Source of the DNA: Campylobacterales bacterium
GTDB taxonomy: Bacteria; Campylobacterota_A; Desulfurellia; JAADFJ01
Direction: 5' to 3'
NCBI GenBank assembly: GCA_027080125.1
Contig: JALWSW010000235.1
Coordinates: 1 to 33,963 of the forward strand
Length of the DNA: 33,963 bases
Shown: one piece after another, positions 31,102 through 33,963 of the stretch
Layout of the letters: the number at the start of each line of letters is the position of its first letter
Position numbering within the stretch: position 1 is the first letter of the stretch
Position numbers and translations under genes: made by a program
The notes under the pieces: generated by a model
Database searches by the model: none
The model's input: the letters and a program-made list of their open reading frames with translations, nothing else
What the model was told of the DNA's origin: nothing

Positions 31102-31134
31102 GAAATTTAAGAATTGAGTATTGTGAGTATAATT

Positions 31135-31560
31135 TTATAGATCTTTATCCTCAAAAAATAACTGACCTATACTTACAGCTTTCAACCTTTCGGCAAACTC
31201 CTCTTCGATCTTGCGCAAAGCGGGTGAAATTTTGCATATCGGATTAAGGGAGCAGATTTGCGGATTCAGGATACATAAGTTCATTGAACGGTATGCCTCC
31301 ATAGCTACCAATATATCATATAAACTTATCTTTTCGGCGGACCTTTTAAGCTTTATACCACCGTTGCGTCCTTTTTGAGAGATAAGAAGATTGTTTAAAA
31401 CGAGTTTGTTTACTATTCTTACCAAAAACGGCTTTGGTATATCAAGCTTTTTTGCTACCTCCGCAGTATGAGAAAGCTCTTTTTTTTTGCCCAGATATGC
31501 AACCAGTCGAATTGCATAATCTGCCTCTCTTGTTACATACGATTTTCTTGTTCTTACCAT
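31135..31560 (-). CDS. Rrf2 family transcriptional regulator (probable Fe-S cluster-binding)
   Basis: 141 aa. N-terminal winged HTH (ADYAIRLVAYL..., SQKGRNGG) and three cysteines spaced C-x6-C-x5-C (CILNPQICSLNPIC), in the position where IscR/NsrR-type proteins ligate a cluster. Confidence 0.85.
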   Translation of the reverse strand: MVRTRKSYVTREADYAIRLVAYLGKKKELSHTAEVAKKLDIPKPFLVRIVNKLVLNNLLISQKGRNGGIKLKRSAEKISLYDILVAMEAYRSMNLCILNPQICSLNPICKISPALRKIEEEFAERLKAVSIGQLFFEDKDL

Positions 31561-31567
31561 ATTTTGT

Positions 31568-31596
31568 TTATAACATTAAATCTGTCCGTTTGTCAA
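31568..31596 (-). promoter_or_regulatory. Candidate sigma70 promoter for rrf2 (would give a leaderless or near-leaderless mRNA)
   Basis: Minus strand reads TTGACA (31596-31591), 17-nt spacer, TTATAA (31573-31568). Only 7 nt separate the -10 from the ATG at 31560, and there is no Shine-Dalgarno sequence. Confidence 0.5.
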
Positions 31597-31636
31597 GTTT
31601 CAATTTCAAAAACTTTTTCATTTTAGGTTTGAGCGC

Positions 31637-31665
31637 TTGACAACCGTATGCGGAGATGATAGAGT
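31637..31665 (+). promoter_or_regulatory. Candidate sigma70 promoter for the XRE-cupin / porC / gltD-like unit
   Basis: TTGACA (31637-31642), 17-nt spacer, TAGAGT (31660-31665). AGGAGGA (31681-31687) and the ATG at 31693 follow. Confidence 0.55.
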
Positions 31666-31680
31666 TTAATATCATTAAAC
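31664..31680. promoter_or_regulatory. Operator-like perfect palindrome GTTTAAT-ATC-ATTAAAC
   Basis: 7-bp perfect inverted arms separated by 3 nt. It overlaps the end of the -10 and the expected transcription start of the plus-strand promoter. Confidence 0.4.
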
Positions 31681-31692
31681 AGGAGGAGAGCT

Positions 31693-32271
31693 ATGAAAAA
31701 CAGTATTGCCGTTGGTGAGAGGGTAAAATATTATAGAAAAAAAAGATCAATGACGATTCAGCAGGTTGCCGAAGCCGCCGGACTGTCAAAAGGTCTGATA
31801 AGCCAGATAGAAAATAAACTTGTTTCACCTCCGATTGCCACACTGTTTAAGATTGCAAATGTTCTTGAGATTCCTATGGCGCAGTTTTTTCAGGACGAGA
31901 CTGCCGTTGCAAACAAGATAGTTGGCGTAAAAGAATCTGAGCGCAAAAAGGTTGATAGAAGAAAACTCTCAGGCGGTATGTCGCTTGGATACAGCTATGA
32001 GTCGCTTGCATGGAAAAAGGCAAAAAAATCTATGGAGCCTTTCGTTGTTACCTTTGAACCTAAAGAGGTTGATGAGGTTATTTACTTCAGTCATCAGGGA
32101 GAGGAGTTTCATTTTGTGCTTGAGGGAAGACTCGAGTTTATAAGCGATGAGGAAAAAATTGTGCTTGAGCAGGGCGATTCGCTTTATTTTGAAGCAGATA
32201 TCAGCCACGGTTTCAGGGCGCTGGATGGAAAACCGGCAAAAACCCTTGCAGTCATACATTCGGATTATTAA
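31693..32271 (+). CDS. XRE-family HTH plus cupin domain transcriptional regulator
   Basis: 192 aa. N-terminal HTH_3 (VGERVKYYRKKRSMTIQQVAEAAGLSKGLISQIENK) and a C-terminal cupin (HQGEEFHFVLEGRLEF....GDSLYF....HGF). Confidence 0.85.
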   Translation: MKNSIAVGERVKYYRKKRSMTIQQVAEAAGLSKGLISQIENKLVSPPIATLFKIANVLEIPMAQFFQDETAVANKIVGVKESERKKVDRRKLSGGMSLGYSYESLAWKKAKKSMEPFVVTFEPKEVDEVIYFSHQGEEFHFVLEGRLEFISDEEKIVLEQGDSLYFEADISHGFRALDGKPAKTLAVIHSDY

Positions 32272-32283
32272 GGCGCTTTTTCG

Positions 32284-32823
32284 ATGAAAAACATCAGAAT
32301 TCACGGGAGAGGCGGTCAGGGGGCGGTTTTGGCAAGCAGAATATTGGCTTATGCATATTTTTTGGAAGGAAAATTTTCTCAAAGTTTTCCAACCTATGGT
32401 GCTGAACGAAGAGGCGCTCCGGTAGCGGCATTTGTAAAGGTTGATGATTATTTTATAAACGAAAGATGTCCTGTAAAAGACGCAGATATAGTTTTGGTTC
32501 TTTCTGATACGATTGTAAAACTTGTTGATATAACCGAAGGTACGGGCAAAAACTCGATTATCTTGGTTAATTCTGCAAAAAGCGTCAAAGAGCTTCAACT
32601 GGATACAAATGCAAAGGTTATTACCTACAATATATCAAAAATAGCTGTTGAAAACGGGCTTGGAACACCATCGTTTCCGATTGTAAATATACCGGCGATC
32701 GGAATTATTGGAAAGATTGACAAGATAAGTTTTGAGAGTTTAAAAACCGCTGCCGAAAAATTTGTTCCAACCAATATGGAAGGCAGCGTAAATGCATTAA
32801 AAGCTGCATACAGGAGCATATAA
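32284..32823 (+). CDS. 2-oxoacid (pyruvate/ketoisovalerate-type):ferredoxin oxidoreductase gamma subunit
   Basis: 179 aa. The N-terminus IRIHGRGGQGAVLASRILA......G......P.YGAERRGAP is the classic POR/VOR gamma signature. Confidence 0.85.
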   Translation: MKNIRIHGRGGQGAVLASRILAYAYFLEGKFSQSFPTYGAERRGAPVAAFVKVDDYFINERCPVKDADIVLVLSDTIVKLVDITEGTGKNSIILVNSAKSVKELQLDTNAKVITYNISKIAVENGLGTPSFPIVNIPAIGIIGKIDKISFESLKTAAEKFVPTNMEGSVNALKAAYRSI

Positions 32824-32824
32824 A

Positions 32825-33963
32825 ATGAGCGAAGCAACAAAACAGGAAGAACTATTGTCTTTTTCCGAATCACCCAGTGTTTACTCAACAACCACTACCG
32901 AAGTAAATATAACCGGATCATGGAGGTTTTTAAGACCTGTATTGGAAGATAATACCGCTCCCTGTTCTGCGGAATGTCCCAGCAGTATAAATATGGCAAG
33001 ATATATGCGTTATCTTGGTGAGGGTGACCTGAAAGCCGCTGTCTCGATTTTAAGAGAGGAAAATCCGATTCCTGCGATTATAGGAAGAGTGTGTCCTGCT
33101 TTCTGCCAGCTAAAATGCAATAGAGGAGAGTTTGATGAACATATTGCAATAAGGCAGATTGAACGCACATTGGGCGATTATTGGCTTGATAATCCTGATG
33201 ATCCACCTGAGATTACAAAAACCGAAAAGATTGCAGTTGTGGGCGCCGGACCTGCGGGAATATCGTGCGCATATTTTTTGGCAAAATTTGGATATGAGGT
33301 AACCATCTATGAAAAAAATGAAAAGATAGGAGGCGTTCTTACATACGGCATTCCTCCGTATCGACTTCCGGCAGATATCAGAGATAGAGAGCTGGCACTT
33401 GTAACCAGAGGAATAAACCTTAAAACAGGTTTCAATATAGCTGAAAAAGAGCTGTACAAAATGACAGAGAAGTATGATGCTGTCTTTTTTGCGCCCGGTT
33501 TATGGAAAGACCGGATTGTTCTTGATGGCATGGGTGTGTATGCCGGAGGCGAAATTCTCAAAGAGATTGCAGAAGGAAAAAGACTTCCAGAAGGTAAAAA
33601 AGCGGTTGTTGTCGGTGCCGGAAATGTTGCGATGGATGTGGCAAGATCGCTTCAGCGTCTTGGCAAAGATGTTCTTATTGTGTGTGCTGAAACAGCCGAG
33701 CAGATGCCGGCTTTTGATGAGGAGATAGAGCAGGCGATTGAAGAGGGCATTAAGATAAGGCACAAAGAACTTCCGGCTGAACTTATCTATGAAGATGCCT
33801 CTGCAATTAAATTATCAAAAATAAGAATGAGCAAAGCTCATATTGAGGGCAGGCGCGTAGTAATCGATAAAGCGCCCGCAGGATTTATTCAGACGGATCT
33901 GCTTGTGTATGCAATAGGGCAAGAGGCTACCTACAGAGCAAAAGAATTGCCGAATCTTTTTAC
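32825..33963 (+). CDS. GltD/NfnB-like Fe-S flavoprotein (NAD(P)H-dependent oxidoreductase), N-terminal 379 aa; 3' end outside window
   Basis: Not in the supplied ORF track because it has no stop in the window. My translation from the ATG at 32825 stays open to the window end. It contains APCSAECP, GRVCPAFCQLKCNRGE and two dinucleotide folds (VVGAGPAGISCAYFLAKFGYEVTIYEK; VVVGAGNVAMDVARSL), the layout of glutamate synthase small-subunit-like proteins. Confidence 0.85.
   Translation, partial: MSEATKQEELLSFSESPSVYSTTTTEVNITGSWRFLRPVLEDNTAPCSAECPSSINMARYMRYLGEGDLKAAVSILREENPIPAIIGRVCPAFCQLKCNRGEFDEHIAIRQIERTLGDYWLDNPDDPPEITKTEKIAVVGAGPAGISCAYFLAKFGYEVTIYEKNEKIGGVLTYGIPPYRLPADIRDRELALVTRGINLKTGFNIAEKELYKMTEKYDAVFFAPGLWKDRIVLDGMGVYAGGEILKEIAEGKRLPEGKKAVVVGAGNVAMDVARSLQRLGKDVLIVCAETAEQMPAFDEEIEQAIEEGIKIRHKELPAELIYEDASAIKLSKIRMSKAHIEGRRVVIDKAPAGFIQTDLLVYAIGQEATYRAKELPNLF

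Noticed and set aside
31969-32598. 209-aa minus-strand ORF spanning the XRE-cupin gene, the spacer and the porC-like gene
   Set aside because: Its codons are exactly the reverse complements of the sense codons of both plus-strand genes, which share a frame. This is the classic shadow frame, where stops arise only from sense TTA/CTA/TCA. The translation is Arg/Phe/Cys/Lys-rich with no recognisable motifs, and both sense genes have strong family signatures.

Overview
AT-rich, very tightly packed chromosomal core segment from a diderm bacterium (it carries Tol-Pal). The lineage is not identifiable from this window alone. I can support 37 protein-coding genes (two cut by the window edges), two tRNAs, two Rho-independent terminators, several sigma70-like promoters and one cluster of REP-like palindromic repeats.

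Gene blocks:
- Plus strand: sdhAB, then a nearly gap-free string typA-ruvX-mltG-miaB-(DUF151-like)-dgt-guaA-phoH-ybeY.
- Minus strand: an acyltransferase preceded by tRNA-Lys and tRNA-His; rqcH-cvpA-(M23 peptidase)-(MATE)-pgeF; a stand-alone rpsU.
- Minus strand, 12.7 kb head-to-tail array: atpF'-F-H-A-G-D-C, tolQ-R-A-B-pal-cpoB, dxs and a PAP2 phosphatase.
- Right end: divergent Rrf2 and XRE-cupin regulators, then a 2-oxoacid:ferredoxin oxidoreductase gamma subunit and a GltD-like Fe-S flavoprotein. The flavoprotein ORF is absent from the supplied track because it runs off the window.

I see no CRISPR array, transposase, integrase, phage gene or recognisable defence or toxin system. This is mostly ordinary housekeeping DNA, and I do not claim a clearly novel system.

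Items most worth a second look:
1. The ATP-synthase operon is joined to tol-pal by an ATGA overlap and continues into dxs and the PAP2 gene.
2. The regulator-flanked porC plus gltD-like module.
3. The back-to-back consensus promoters, with an apparently leaderless rrf2 and an operator-like palindrome.
4. The REP-like repeat cluster and the long atp leader.

All functional calls come from reading motifs in the translations. No database search was possible.
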